Source of the DNA: an uncultured delta proteobacterium
GTDB lineage: Bacteria; Myxococcota_A; Polyangia; Fen-1088
DNA: 64,000 nt
Reading direction: 5' to 3'
Assembly (NCBI GenBank): GCA_963796685.1
Contig: CAWCMR010000025.1
Location: 576,001 to 640,000, forward strand
Positions within the stretch are counted from its first letter, which is position 1, and each line of letters opens with the position of its first letter. The notes below the pieces were generated by a model. The model saw only the letters and a list, made by a program, of their open reading frames with translations. It was not told the DNA's origin and made no database searches. Positions 20,021-29,556 of the stretch are shown here, piece after piece. The position numbers and the translations under genes are program-made.

Positions 20021-21838
20021 TCACTCGCGCCGGTCGCCCGAGTCGTCTACTTCCGCGCCCGAGACGATGGCTGCCAGCTCGGCGATGGCGCGCGCGGCAG
20101 GGGCGGTCTCGGGCTCGCCCGGTCCCAAGGTGGCCATGCCCAACCCTTCGCCAGCGCTGTCGAACAGGCGACAAGTCAGCACCATGCTGTTGCGGTCGGT
20201 GACCCGTACCGAATCCACCTCGGCCAGCGGCAGCAGCATACGCGCCCGCGAAACCATCTCGCCGGCCACCGCCGCGAACGCAGCCAAGCCTTCCTGCACC
20301 GCGGACTCGCCCGCGCCGGCGATGAGGAAGCCCTGAGCGTCGGCCAGTACGGCCGTGCGCGGACCGCCTGGACCCACCAGCGAGTGCAGGTTGGTCTCCA
20401 TGTCCGACACCGGGTTTTGCGCCAGCAGCTCGCCGCTGACGACCGGCATCTCGCGGCTGGCGTACAAGCCGCTGGCATAGAGCTGCGCCTCCAGATCCTT
20501 TTCCCGGCGGCGCAAGTACGCGACTTCCTCGACCAGCGACGCGGCCTCCGCGGCCTGCGCGCGCAAGGAGACCAGCTCGTTGCGATCCTGCAGCAGCTCT
20601 TGCAGCCGACGCGCCATCAGCTCGGCGTCCAGACGCAGCTGCTTGTGCGCGATGGTCAAACGCTCGAGCTCGCCGCTCGCTTCCTGGTGCTGGCGCAGCT
20701 CGGCCGCCTCATCGCGCAACCTGCGATTTTCCTCGAGCACATCGCCAAGCTCCACCAGCTTGGCTTGCGCCGCCGCGAGCTCGACCTTGACATCTTTGAC
20801 CTCCCTGGCCTCGTCCCCACGCCCCGCCTGCCACTCGGCCTCGCGCACGAGCTCCGCTTGTTGCGCGCGCAGCCCGGCGTTTTCCTGCACCAGGCGATCC
20901 AGGGTGGCCAGCCGGGTTTCGGCCGCGCGCAGCGCCTCGTCCGCAATCCTGCCCTGTTCGCGTTCGTGCGCGACGGCCTCCTCCAGTGCGCGCAGGCGTA
21001 TTGCAAGCTCCGACTTCTCGGCCAGCCCGTCCTGCCCCGCCGCCTCGACACGCTCGAGCTGCTCGACGAGCCGTTGCTTCTCGGCCTGCGCGCTTGCCTG
21101 CGTCGACCGCAACGCCTCGTCGGCCGCGACCACCCTTCCCTGCCACGAAGCCTCGACCTCCGCGATACGGCGAAGCGCCTCGCGCTCGCGCCCCTCGGCC
21201 GCCAAGAGCGCCTGCTGCAGGCCATCGCGTTCCGCCTCCCATAGCACGTGCTCCTCGACGAGACGCGCCTGCTCGGCCGCCAACCTTTCGGACTCGGCGC
21301 GCCGCTGCTCCAACTCCTCGACCAGGCGTGCTCGCTCGGCCTCGTGTCGGCCGACCTCGGCGCGTAGCTGCCCGAGCTCCTCGCGCTGGACCTGGTCCTG
21401 GCGCTTCTGCTCGGTCTGGGTGGCTTGCAGCTGCGCGCCCCAGGCCTCGGCCTGCTTCTCCTCGCGCTCGAACGCCTCGCGATTCCGATCCTCGGCGATG
21501 CGCAGGCGCTCGGCCAGGGTCCGCTCCCTGGCGGACAGTCGTTCGATCTCGGCGCGCGCGCCGTCACGCTCGCGCTCGGCCAGCGCGCACTTCTCTTCCT
21601 CCAGCTTTCGTGTGCCGGCCTCGGCCTTGTGCTCGGCCGTGGCGTCGGCAAGCGCGACCTCGCTACTCTTCTGTTCCAGGCGCAGGCGTTCGAGCTCGCC
21701 TTCCAGGTCCTCGTGCCGACGGACCTCCTTGCCGAGATCGACATCGCCGCCACGCGGCCGGCGCAGCAGGAACCCGGCCAGGAAGAAGGCCAGCGCGGCG
21801 ACCAGGCTTGCGGCGATGAGGTAGACGAGAAGCGACAT
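20021..21838 (-). CDS. Membrane-anchored long coiled-coil protein with C-terminal roadblock/LC7-like domain
   Basis: N-terminal TM; ~420 aa of E/R/A-rich heptads; C-terminal RTAVLADAQGFLIAG..GLAAFAA resembles a roadblock fold. Confidence 0.7.
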   Translation of the reverse strand: MSLLVYLIAASLVAALAFFLAGFLLRRPRGGDVDLGKEVRRHEDLEGELERLRLEQKSSEVALADATAEHKAEAGTRKLEEEKCALAERERDGARAEIERLSARERTLAERLRIAEDRNREAFEREEKQAEAWGAQLQATQTEQKRQDQVQREELGQLRAEVGRHEAERARLVEELEQRRAESERLAAEQARLVEEHVLWEAERDGLQQALLAAEGREREALRRIAEVEASWQGRVVAADEALRSTQASAQAEKQRLVEQLERVEAAGQDGLAEKSELAIRLRALEEAVAHEREQGRIADEALRAAETRLATLDRLVQENAGLRAQQAELVREAEWQAGRGDEAREVKDVKVELAAAQAKLVELGDVLEENRRLRDEAAELRQHQEASGELERLTIAHKQLRLDAELMARRLQELLQDRNELVSLRAQAAEAASLVEEVAYLRRREKDLEAQLYASGLYASREMPVVSGELLAQNPVSDMETNLHSLVGPGGPRTAVLADAQGFLIAGAGESAVQEGLAAFAAVAGEMVSRARMLLPLAEVDSVRVTDRNSMVLTCRLFDSAGEGLGMATLGPGEPETAPAARAIAELAAIVSGAEVDDSGDRRE

Positions 21839-21846
21839 GAAGAACC

Positions 21847-22561
21847 TCAGTGAATCGCGATCTCGACCCTTCGGTTGTGCGCCTGGGCCGCTATCGAATC
21901 AGCCGAGCGGTCACCCGCGAGCGGCCGCGTCGAGCCGAATCCTTGGATGTCCATGCGCGCGGGATCGACCCCGTGCCCTTCAAGCCAGCGAGCACACCTG
22001 CGCGCGCGTTCCAGCGACAGCGCGCGATTCGAGCTCTTCCGGTCCGACGCTGTCGCTGTGCCCGCTTATCACGACCCGCCGGCTGGGTTGCTCGGCGAGG
22101 GTCGCGGCAACCTGGGCAAGGACCTCGCGTGCCGGTGACGACAACCAACTCGTGTTTCGCGCAAAGAGCAGGTTGGGAAACCCTGGGGGGGTGGGCTCGG
22201 CCGACGGCGAGGATTCGCCGGTTGGCGACACCGCCTCGGCGAGTGGCGGCGCGGTCTTGGCGGGCGGTGGTGCGACTGGCGCGAGAACCCTCGCCGCCGC
22301 AGGTACGGGCTCAGCCGTCCGCGGCGGCGCGGGCGGCAACCCCGGGCTCGGCCTTTCCGCCGAGACCGGTACGCGCAAGGCCGGTCTCGAGCGCGTGGCA
22401 CCGCTCAAATAGCGGGGCAGCAGCACGAGGTCGATGGCGGCGAGGTCGCCCACCCCGAGCAGCAGCAGTCCCGCCGCCAGCGCGTGGCGCACGAACGTCG
22501 ACGACTGGGCTGTCGCACCACCGGCGCCCTCGGACCGATGCGCGTACCCCTGCGCTGTCAT
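21847..22561 (-). CDS. OmpA/MotB-like peptidoglycan-binding protein (frameshift near 22030)
   Basis: TM, Pro-rich linker, LLFARNTSWL, VVISGHSDSVG, then in a shifted frame NRALSLERA..IQGFGSTRP..NRRVEIAIH*. Confidence 0.85.
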
Positions 22562-22569
22562 GATCGCCT

Positions 22570-22950
22570 CTAGGCGGAGGCGGCGATGGCCTTGCCCAGC
22601 TCCACGCAGCGACGCTTGACCTCGATGAACACCAGGCCCAGCTTCGCGTCCTTGCTGGTCAGCACCACCAGCACCGAATCGGCGCCGACCGCGTTGAGGA
22701 CCACATAGCCCTTCTCGCTGCGCACGTAGACCTGCTCCATGGTCGAGGCCATGAGCTCGGAGGAGATGCGCTCGCCGACGCCCAGCATGGCCGCCGCCAT
22801 GCCCGAGACCAGCTCCTCGTCGACCTCGGCGGGCAAGACCGAGGCCACGATGAAACCATCGATGCTTACCACCGCGGCGCCGATGATGTCAGGCGAGGCC
22901 CCACGAAGGCCGCGCAAGATGTCCTGCATTTTTTCCGTACGAGAAGCCAT
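22570..22950 (-). CDS. Roadblock/LC7 domain protein (MglB-like)
   Basis: IIGAAVVSIDGFIVAS, VSGMAAAMLGVGERIS.EL, KLGLVFIEVKR. Confidence 0.9.
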   Translation of the reverse strand: MASRTEKMQDILRGLRGASPDIIGAAVVSIDGFIVASVLPAEVDEELVSGMAAAMLGVGERISSELMASTMEQVYVRSEKGYVVLNAVGADSVLVVLTSKDAKLGLVFIEVKRRCVELGKAIAASA

Positions 22951-22973
22951 GGTCCATTCCTCCTAGGTTGCGA

Positions 22974-23693
22974 TTAGTTGCGAATTTGGAATTTCATGGT
23001 GCATTGGCCGACCGTGCCGAGCGTGGCGACGGTGTAGCTCTTGCCCGAAAAGGCGCTCATGAGCCCGGCGAAGTACTCATGAAACAGCTCGCACAAATTG
23101 GCGCTGCCGGCAATCTCTCCTTGCGCTGCGACCACTTTGTGCAGGGCGCAGCTTGGAAAGGTCAGGGACACGGTGGTCCCGTCCGCCTCGATCTTGGCGT
23201 CGAAGTCGAAGGCGTGAACGAAACGGCGGCGCAGGCCCGCCAGCAGGTCCTCCATGCGCGAGGACTCGTACATCTCGGGCATGTGGGCGGCGGCCAGGTT
23301 GCCCGCCGAGCGCCCCACGGCCCGTTGTCCGCGCCCCATGATCTCTTTGAGCGCGTCGGCCAAGGCCTTGAGCCGCACGTGCGTGTCCTTGAGCGCCTCG
23401 TCGTAGTCGGCCTGGCCGAGTTGCTCGGTCGCGGGGATCTGCTGCAGAAAGCGCGACACCAGCGCGGCATGGGTTTCCATGCGGTGAAACGGCCGCTGCA
23501 ACTTCGCGTCGGTCACGGTCAGACAGCGCGACGGGCACAGGTACACGCAAGACGTGCAGCCGATGCAGTCCTCTTGGCGGACGACCTTGGCCAGCTTCTT
23601 CGACGTTTCCTCCTCGAACACCTTGGTCGGGCAGATTTCCACGCACAGGCCGCAGTCGCGGCAGCCGGATTCTTCGATGTGAACCGTGGGCAC
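22974..23693 (-). CDS. 2x[4Fe-4S] ferredoxin fused to V4R-like domain
   Basis: CRDCGLCVEICP and CIGCTSCVYLCP; C-terminal FPSCAL..NLCELFHEYFAGL..CTMKF. Confidence 0.8.
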   Translation of the reverse strand: MPTVHIEESGCRDCGLCVEICPTKVFEEETSKKLAKVVRQEDCIGCTSCVYLCPSRCLTVTDAKLQRPFHRMETHAALVSRFLQQIPATEQLGQADYDEALKDTHVRLKALADALKEIMGRGQRAVGRSAGNLAAAHMPEMYESSRMEDLLAGLRRRFVHAFDFDAKIEADGTTVSLTFPSCALHKVVAAQGEIAGSANLCELFHEYFAGLMSAFSGKSYTVATLGTVGQCTMKFQIRN

Positions 23694-23696
23694 AGG

Positions 23697-25100
23697 TCAC
23701 CTCCTTGCCGTGCGAATGGTTTGCCCGCCCTGCCACAGGTTGATTTCCATGGGCATTTGCCCCACGCGATGGGTGGAGCAAGACAGGCACGGGTCGTAAC
23801 AGCGAATCGCGAATTCCACGCCGTCCAGCAAATCGCTGTCGCTCTTGTCGAGCAATTGCGTGGCCGCGTTCTTGATGGTGGTGTTGATGCTGGCGATATT
23901 GTGCTGGGTCGCCACCACGAAATTGGCCGCTTCGATGATGGCGTTTGCGTCCACGTGGTAGTCGTGGATCAGCACCCCGCGCGGAGCCTCGACGTGGGCC
24001 ACGGCGTGGCGGTTGATGGCGCCGGGGGCGGTGCGCACCTCGGGCGAGCGAATGGCCTCGTCGGAGAGCATGGCCACGGCCTTTTCCGCGCAGTGGAGAA
24101 TTTCCACCAGGCGCGCCCAATGCCCGGCCACGATCTGGCTCGACGGGTCGCCGCACGTCGCTTTGAATTCCGCCAGGGCGGCATCGGCCAACGGCGTGCC
24201 CGTGGCCTCGGCGCAATTGAGCCGGGCCAGCGGGCCGACGCGGTAGGGGTGCGTGGCCCCGCTTGCGTCCTTGAGCAAGACCTGCTTGCCGTAGCTGTGC
24301 GGCAGCGCCTCCTCGACGAGATGGGTGGCGTAGTCGGCGCCTACGAAATCCAGGGCCACGCTGCCGTCGGGACGGCGCACGCGCAGCTTGCCGTCGTACA
24401 GATCCAGGTTCTTGCCCTGCAGCGTTCCCATGTCGCTGGTCGCGAGCGGCAAGCGGGTCAGGAGCTTCGGATCCTTGAGCAGGGCCTTCTTGCCGGCATC
24501 GAGGACCACCTTGGCCAGCTCCAGCGCCTCGGCGGCCAGCAGCTTCAAGGTGTCATGATTTTGCGACGTGAGCGCGAAGGACATACCACCTGCCACCGCG
24601 GTCACCGGATGCGTGCCCCGGCCGCCGACGATCTCCACCATGGTCTGGCCGATGCTGCGCAGGCGCAGGGCCTTCTTGGCGAGCTCGGGCGCGGCCTCGA
24701 GCAGACCCACGAGATTGCGTTTTTGCACCGGGCTCGACTGCCCGAGAAACAGATCGGGACCGGCCAGGGCGAAGAAATGGATGGCGTGCGAGTGGATCAT
24801 GCTGCCGCAGTTGAGCAGTTGGCGCAGCAGCAAGGCGGCCCTGGGGGGCGGCGCCGAGAACATGACGTCCAAGCACTTGGCGGACACCAGGTGGTGGGCA
24901 TGCGGGCAGGTGCCGCAGATGCGCGTGGTCAGGGTGGGCATGAGCTCGGCCTGCATGCCCTGCACGAAGCGCTCGAAGCCGCGAAACTCGAGCACGTGCA
25001 GCGTGGCCGCGCCGACCTTGCCGTCGTCGCCGATTTCGATGTGCACCTTGGCGTGACCCTCGATGCGCGTGACGGGATTGATGGTGAGTTGGCGGCTCAT
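23697..25100 (-). CDS. [NiFe]-hydrogenase large subunit, group 3 (MvhA/HoxH-like)
   Basis: Start MSRQLTINPVTRIEGHAK; L1 TRICGTC; EAPRGVLIHDY; L2 RCYDPCLSCSTH followed by a cleavable C-terminal tail. Confidence 0.93.
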   Translation of the reverse strand: MSRQLTINPVTRIEGHAKVHIEIGDDGKVGAATLHVLEFRGFERFVQGMQAELMPTLTTRICGTCPHAHHLVSAKCLDVMFSAPPPRAALLLRQLLNCGSMIHSHAIHFFALAGPDLFLGQSSPVQKRNLVGLLEAAPELAKKALRLRSIGQTMVEIVGGRGTHPVTAVAGGMSFALTSQNHDTLKLLAAEALELAKVVLDAGKKALLKDPKLLTRLPLATSDMGTLQGKNLDLYDGKLRVRRPDGSVALDFVGADYATHLVEEALPHSYGKQVLLKDASGATHPYRVGPLARLNCAEATGTPLADAALAEFKATCGDPSSQIVAGHWARLVEILHCAEKAVAMLSDEAIRSPEVRTAPGAINRHAVAHVEAPRGVLIHDYHVDANAIIEAANFVVATQHNIASINTTIKNAATQLLDKSDSDLLDGVEFAIRCYDPCLSCSTHRVGQMPMEINLWQGGQTIRTARR

Positions 25101-26032
25101 CGGGCGGCTCCTTGCTGCGCGATCCAGCGCCGCAGAAGAAAGGTCGGCTTCTGACGAAACACCGGCGAGGCCATGGCGTAGGCGTAATAGGTCTTGGCCT
25201 GCTTCTCGATCTCGGCGGTGATGGCGGGCTTGGGAATCTTGGTCATCATGGACATGCGCGTGGCGATCTCGGTGCGGATGTCGCGATTCGGCTCGAGCAC
25301 GATGGCCTCCGACGGCCCCGTGCAGCCCGAGCACGGCATGCCACGGGTCGGGCAGGCGCCGCGGCAGCGATCGAGCGTGGCGCTGCCCATGCACAGGATC
25401 CCCTGCGAGAGAAAGCACGTGTCCTGCTCTATCGGGCCCTCGTGCACCCGGCGCAGGGCCGACACCTCGGTGTGTTTCATGTGGCGGTCGCAATGGAAGC
25501 ACACGTTGTGCTCGCCGAACTCGGGTGGCTTGCCGTGCAGCACCGATTTGAGCGCCTCGAAGACGTAGAAGGCGTGCGGTGGACAACCTGGCAGATAGAG
25601 ATCCACCGGAATCACGGCGTCCACCGGCAACACGCCTTCCGCGAGCAGCTTGGGCACCCCCTGGTCGGGCACGAAATGGGTCGAGGTGGTCGGGTTCTTC
25701 ACGAAGGCCGACTCGGCCAGCTCGCTTTGCGCGTGGGCGTAGCCCGAGCCCTGCGGTCCGCCGTAGACGCCGCACGTGCCGTAGGCCAGGATGGCGGCGC
25801 AGCTTGCCCGCATCTTCTTCGCGCACTCCACGTCGTGGTCGGTGCGCAGGGCTCCGGTGATGATGCCGAGCGCGGCCTTGGGGTAGTCCTTCACGTCCAT
25901 CAAGATGGGCAGGCGAACGATGTCGATCTCTTCCAGCACGGCCAGCAGGCGCTCGTGCAGATCGACGATGGAAAGCTCGCAACCCGAGCAACCGGAAAGC
26001 CATTCGAACGAAACCGTGACCTTGGCCATCAT
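25097..26032 (-). CDS. [NiFe]-hydrogenase small subunit (MvhG-like, three FeS sites, no Tat signal)
   Basis: WLSGCSGCE, GTCGVYGG, LPGCPP, VCFHC, CFLSQGILCMG, CRGACP..PCSGCTG; ATGA overlap with the large subunit. Confidence 0.9.
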   Translation of the reverse strand: MMAKVTVSFEWLSGCSGCELSIVDLHERLLAVLEEIDIVRLPILMDVKDYPKAALGIITGALRTDHDVECAKKMRASCAAILAYGTCGVYGGPQGSGYAHAQSELAESAFVKNPTTSTHFVPDQGVPKLLAEGVLPVDAVIPVDLYLPGCPPHAFYVFEALKSVLHGKPPEFGEHNVCFHCDRHMKHTEVSALRRVHEGPIEQDTCFLSQGILCMGSATLDRCRGACPTRGMPCSGCTGPSEAIVLEPNRDIRTEIATRMSMMTKIPKPAITAEIEKQAKTYYAYAMASPVFRQKPTFLLRRWIAQQGAAR

Positions 26033-26049
26033 TCCCCTCCTGGTTTCTC

Positions 26050-26535
26050 CTAGCCCTGCAACATGAGCTCTTTGAGACAGGCGTTCTCCCCGGCGTGCAG
26101 GATTTCCAGCTCGGCGCGCTTGCCGGTGATCTTCTGCACGTACCCGCAGAACAGGCCGTGGTTCATCATGCACAGCGATTGCTTCTGCTCGTGGCCATAG
26201 CGGAACAGGGCGCAGCGAACCATGCAGTTCCGGAATACCAGCTTGACCGCCTGCTTGCCATCTTTCTCGTAGAGGAAGCTCTTTTCTGCGGCCGGCTTCC
26301 ACGCTTCGAAGGGCCACTCGATGCCGTTGGCCCTGAGCGCCTCGCCCACCTTGCCGAGAGCGACCAGGATGTCGCTTTCCTTTTCGGCGATGCTGCTCTT
26401 GAGACCCACGGTCTTGCCCGACCGAAACGTCACGGTCTCGGCCCCGCGGCCGAGAACCTGTTCTAGACCATGCGACAGCGAGGCCATGACCACGAGCAGG
26501 CCTTGCAGTTCATCCCTTGTTTCAGACGGACCCAT
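26050..26535 (-). CDS. Stand-alone V4R-like domain protein
   Basis: GGAGG RBS; FRNCMVRC..SLCMMNHGLFCGYVQKITGK..ENACLKEL Cys pattern. Confidence 0.7.
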   Translation of the reverse strand: MGPSETRDELQGLLVVMASLSHGLEQVLGRGAETVTFRSGKTVGLKSSIAEKESDILVALGKVGEALRANGIEWPFEAWKPAAEKSFLYEKDGKQAVKLVFRNCMVRCALFRYGHEQKQSLCMMNHGLFCGYVQKITGKRAELEILHAGENACLKELMLQG

Positions 26536-26599
26536 ACTGTCCTCCGATCTAGGTAACGCGCCAGACGACACCCGAGAAGACACGCCCAAGCGTGCCGAT

Positions 26600-27604
26600 C
26601 TAGCGCGTCGACTTGCTCTCTAGTTTTTTCAGGTTGAGATCCAGGGAACGGTTATCGGGATCGAGCTCTTTGGCGGCGAGCCAGCACTGGCGCGCCTCCT
26701 CCACCTTGCCGGCCCGCAGAGCCGCGAAGCCCTTGTCCACCAGCGACGCCGCCGCGCCGACCGGCCGAGGGGCCTTGCGAGACTCGGAGGGAACCAACGC
26801 ATTCATCGCCCGGCGCTCGCTGGGCGCGCCGTCGCCACCGGGCGAGGAGATCTTCTCGAATACGGAATTCTCGACGCGAATGGCGGGAAAGGATCCGGTC
26901 TGGCGCGGCGAGGAATTGGCGCGCTCGTCGAGCGTCCGCACGGCCTCCATCAAGGCGAACTGCCAATTGCCGTGAATGTTCGGCTCGACGTCGTTGGGTA
27001 GGGGCGTGGTGCGAAAGACGCCGTCCTGGGCGTCCAGAATGGAGCACAGCGCTTCGTGCCCCACGAGCGGGCCCCACGAGGCGTGGAAGAGCTTGCCCTC
27101 CTTCACCATGACCGAGCCGGCCTCGCCGTGAGCGGTGATACGAAGCGCTGCGGTCCTTTGGGCTAGACAAAGCATTTGAATGAGGTCTGCTGCGGAAAGG
27201 GCCGAGAAGCACCCGGACAAGCGATGTATGCAATCGAGCGCTTCGTTGACGATCTTTAACACTTCTTTTGGCTCACATGGCTTTGGCAGAAGACGCAAGC
27301 AGCCAAGACCAGAGACGCGTTGCTGTAGCTGACGGACGTCGTCGTTGGTTTGCACCACGAACAAGGTCTCGGGAAACTCGATAGCGCCCCAGCAGACCAG
27401 ATCCACACCACCGGCGCTGGGCAGATCGGCATCCGTGATCAGGACATCGATCCCGACATCGCGCATGACATTACGTGCCACATCGGCCGAGGCGGCGAGC
27501 ATGACGTCGAAATTCTCGCCGCCCTCATAAAGAACGCGGTGGAGCGCAAGGGATGCCTCCTTGTCTCCGTCGACGATCAAGACCTTCGGGCGACGTCTCC
27601 CCAT
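26600..27604 (-). CDS. Response regulator: REC + DUF4388 (PATAN) + C-terminal TPR-like helix pair
   Basis: KVLIVD..VLITD..LPKP; LSAADLIQMLCLAQRTAAL..GKLFHA..GHEAL..DGVF; LVDKGFAALRAGKVEEARQCW..LDPDN. Confidence 0.85.
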   Translation of the reverse strand: MGRRRPKVLIVDGDKEASLALHRVLYEGGENFDVMLAASADVARNVMRDVGIDVLITDADLPSAGGVDLVCWGAIEFPETLFVVQTNDDVRQLQQRVSGLGCLRLLPKPCEPKEVLKIVNEALDCIHRLSGCFSALSAADLIQMLCLAQRTAALRITAHGEAGSVMVKEGKLFHASWGPLVGHEALCSILDAQDGVFRTTPLPNDVEPNIHGNWQFALMEAVRTLDERANSSPRQTGSFPAIRVENSVFEKISSPGGDGAPSERRAMNALVPSESRKAPRPVGAAASLVDKGFAALRAGKVEEARQCWLAAKELDPDNRSLDLNLKKLESKSTR

Positions 27605-27629
27605 CTGCCTCCGGCTATATCGATCTTCT

Positions 27630-27661
27630 GGGCCGCAAACTGTACTTCTAGGGCCGCAAAC
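27630..27661. promoter_or_regulatory. 11-bp direct repeat upstream of the hydrogenase-signalling cluster
   Basis: GGGCCGCAAAC at 27630-27640 and 27651-27661 (21-bp period). Confidence 0.35.
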
Positions 27662-27833
27662 AGCGCTTCGCTTGCGGCTTTTCAGAACGGCGGCTCCGAT
27701 ATTACAGCCACCTTGCTACCTTCGCTGGCCCGGTCTCCGAACATCAACGAATACGGAAGAACGATGCCAGACCGGACGAGGCGTCATTTTGCGCCCAAGG
27801 CCCGCCCGGGATCCAGCAAATTCGCGCCGGGAT

Positions 27834-29436
27834 CTACATCGGCGAGATCGACGTGTAGTCGAGGTAATTGGCCGTCATCATGAGCAGCGAAAGCACCATC
27901 CACGAATCGTCGTAGTAGGTGCCGCCCACCAGCGCCTTGCCTGTCACGAGCACCCCGTAGGCGTCGTTGACGAAGGTCTGGTAGCTGGAGTTGCTCATGG
28001 CGCCGACGCCGGCAGGACCGACGAACGCCGAGGACTGAATCTGCGCGTTTGCACCAGTCTGGTACTGGGCGTGGGCCGTCCCGTTCAGGTCGTAGCCGTC
28101 GACGATCTTGGTGGCGCCGCCAACCGACGTCCCGCTGAAGAAGCTGCTGGTCTTGGCCACGTAGGCCTGCGCCCGCGAGTCGCCGGTCCAGCAGTAGTCG
28201 AGCCCGATGCGGAACGGGGTTCTGCACGAGTCGTACTGGTAGTTCGTCGGCGACGCCCCGCCCGTGGCTCCGAAGGCCCCGCCATTCGGCGCGCCGTTGG
28301 TGTCGCACCAGGCCGGCACAAGCCCATTGTTGGCGTTGCCGCTCGACGAGTTTAGCGATTTGGCCAGAACGTCGTACATGGCGTCCGTGAGCGCCTTCCA
28401 GCCGCTCGCGTTCGCGGTGTCGACCTTGGCGAAGAGCTTGTAGTAGGCGGGAGCGAAGTACGAGAGATTGATGGGGGGCACAGACGTGGTCGGCCAGGGG
28501 GACAGGTACTTGCCCGAATTGACCTCTTTGTTCCAGAATCTTGCCGATGGTCTCTTGGGCCCAATCGATATAGGTCCTGGTCGAGGAGCCTTTGCCGCCC
28601 CATTGCTTGTCGGCCATGACCATGGCGAAGGCCATATCCTCGTCGGCGTCCGAGGCCGGCCCCGCGCCTGACGGATTCGAGCCCACGTCCGAGCCGTCGG
28701 CCTTGATGTACCAGTTCATGAGGTAGGTCTGGGTATCGAGATGCGCCTGCTCGTACTTCCACAGATCGTCGAAGAGAGACTGATCATCCATGTACACCGC
28801 CAGGATCATCCCGTAGCCGATGCCCTCGGACACCGTCGAGTTCGGCTCCAGGCCGGGCTCGTTTGGCCGCTTCACGCGGCGGAAGCCATTGGCCCCGTCC
28901 GAGGTCACGGTGTCGTTCTTCCACTGCGCGTACATCGCCTGCACGTCCTCGTTGCGGTAGAGCGCGGGGTAGATGCAGTTGCTGTTCTCCCGGTTCTGAG
29001 GAAAGGGGAAATTGGTGGTGCTCGTATGCACGGTGGGACCGCGCGATGGCGCCGGGGGAGGCGCATCGGCGGTGTCGACAGCCGCGTCGGGGATCGTGCT
29101 GGTTCCGCCCGCGCCACCCGCACCGCCAAAGGCCGTCGCTCCCCCGGTACCCGCGGAGCCGCCACCGCCGCCCTCCGACTTGGTTCCACCCGTTCCCCCG
29201 CTTCCCCCCGAGGCGGTGGCTCCACCCCCGCCCGCGCTTCCGCCCGCGGCCGAGCTTCCACCCGTCGACGCGTTTCCACCCGCTCCGCCCTGCCCACCCG
29301 CGCTCGATCCGCCGGAGCCACCGGTGCCGGGCGGGGTCCGTGGGCTCTCCGTGGGCCTACATGCCGCGATTCCGCAAAACGTGACGAGAGCTGCTGTCCA
29401 GACTGGAGCCTGCAGGATTCGACGAGGAAACATCAT
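27834..29436 (-). CDS. Second GH8 lipoprotein paralogue (frameshifted near 28480-28540)
   Basis: Lipobox IAAC, Gly linker, TVSEGIGYGMILAVYM, ASDADEDMA in ORF 27784..29496; continues NLSYFAP..YDSCRTPFR..LSLLMMT in ORF 27834..28481. Confidence 0.85.
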
Positions 29437-29556
29437 GTCGTTCAATCCCAAGTGCAATCCCGAGTGGGGTGGGTCATTTCCTGGTTGTAAGAACACCTAA
29501 CCCTGCCTGATCGCGCATGGAAAATCTAGAGGGGCAACGCCCGTGGCCCGGGACCT

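Noticed and set aside
23697-25100. Selenocysteine-containing [NiFeSe] hydrogenase
   Set aside because: The L2 motif reads DPCLSC with ordinary Cys codons and no in-frame TGA.
25101-26003. N-terminal extension on the hydrogenase large subunit (768-aa ORF)
   Set aside because: An alternate-frame overlap of the small subunit; the true start is MSRQLTINP at 25100.
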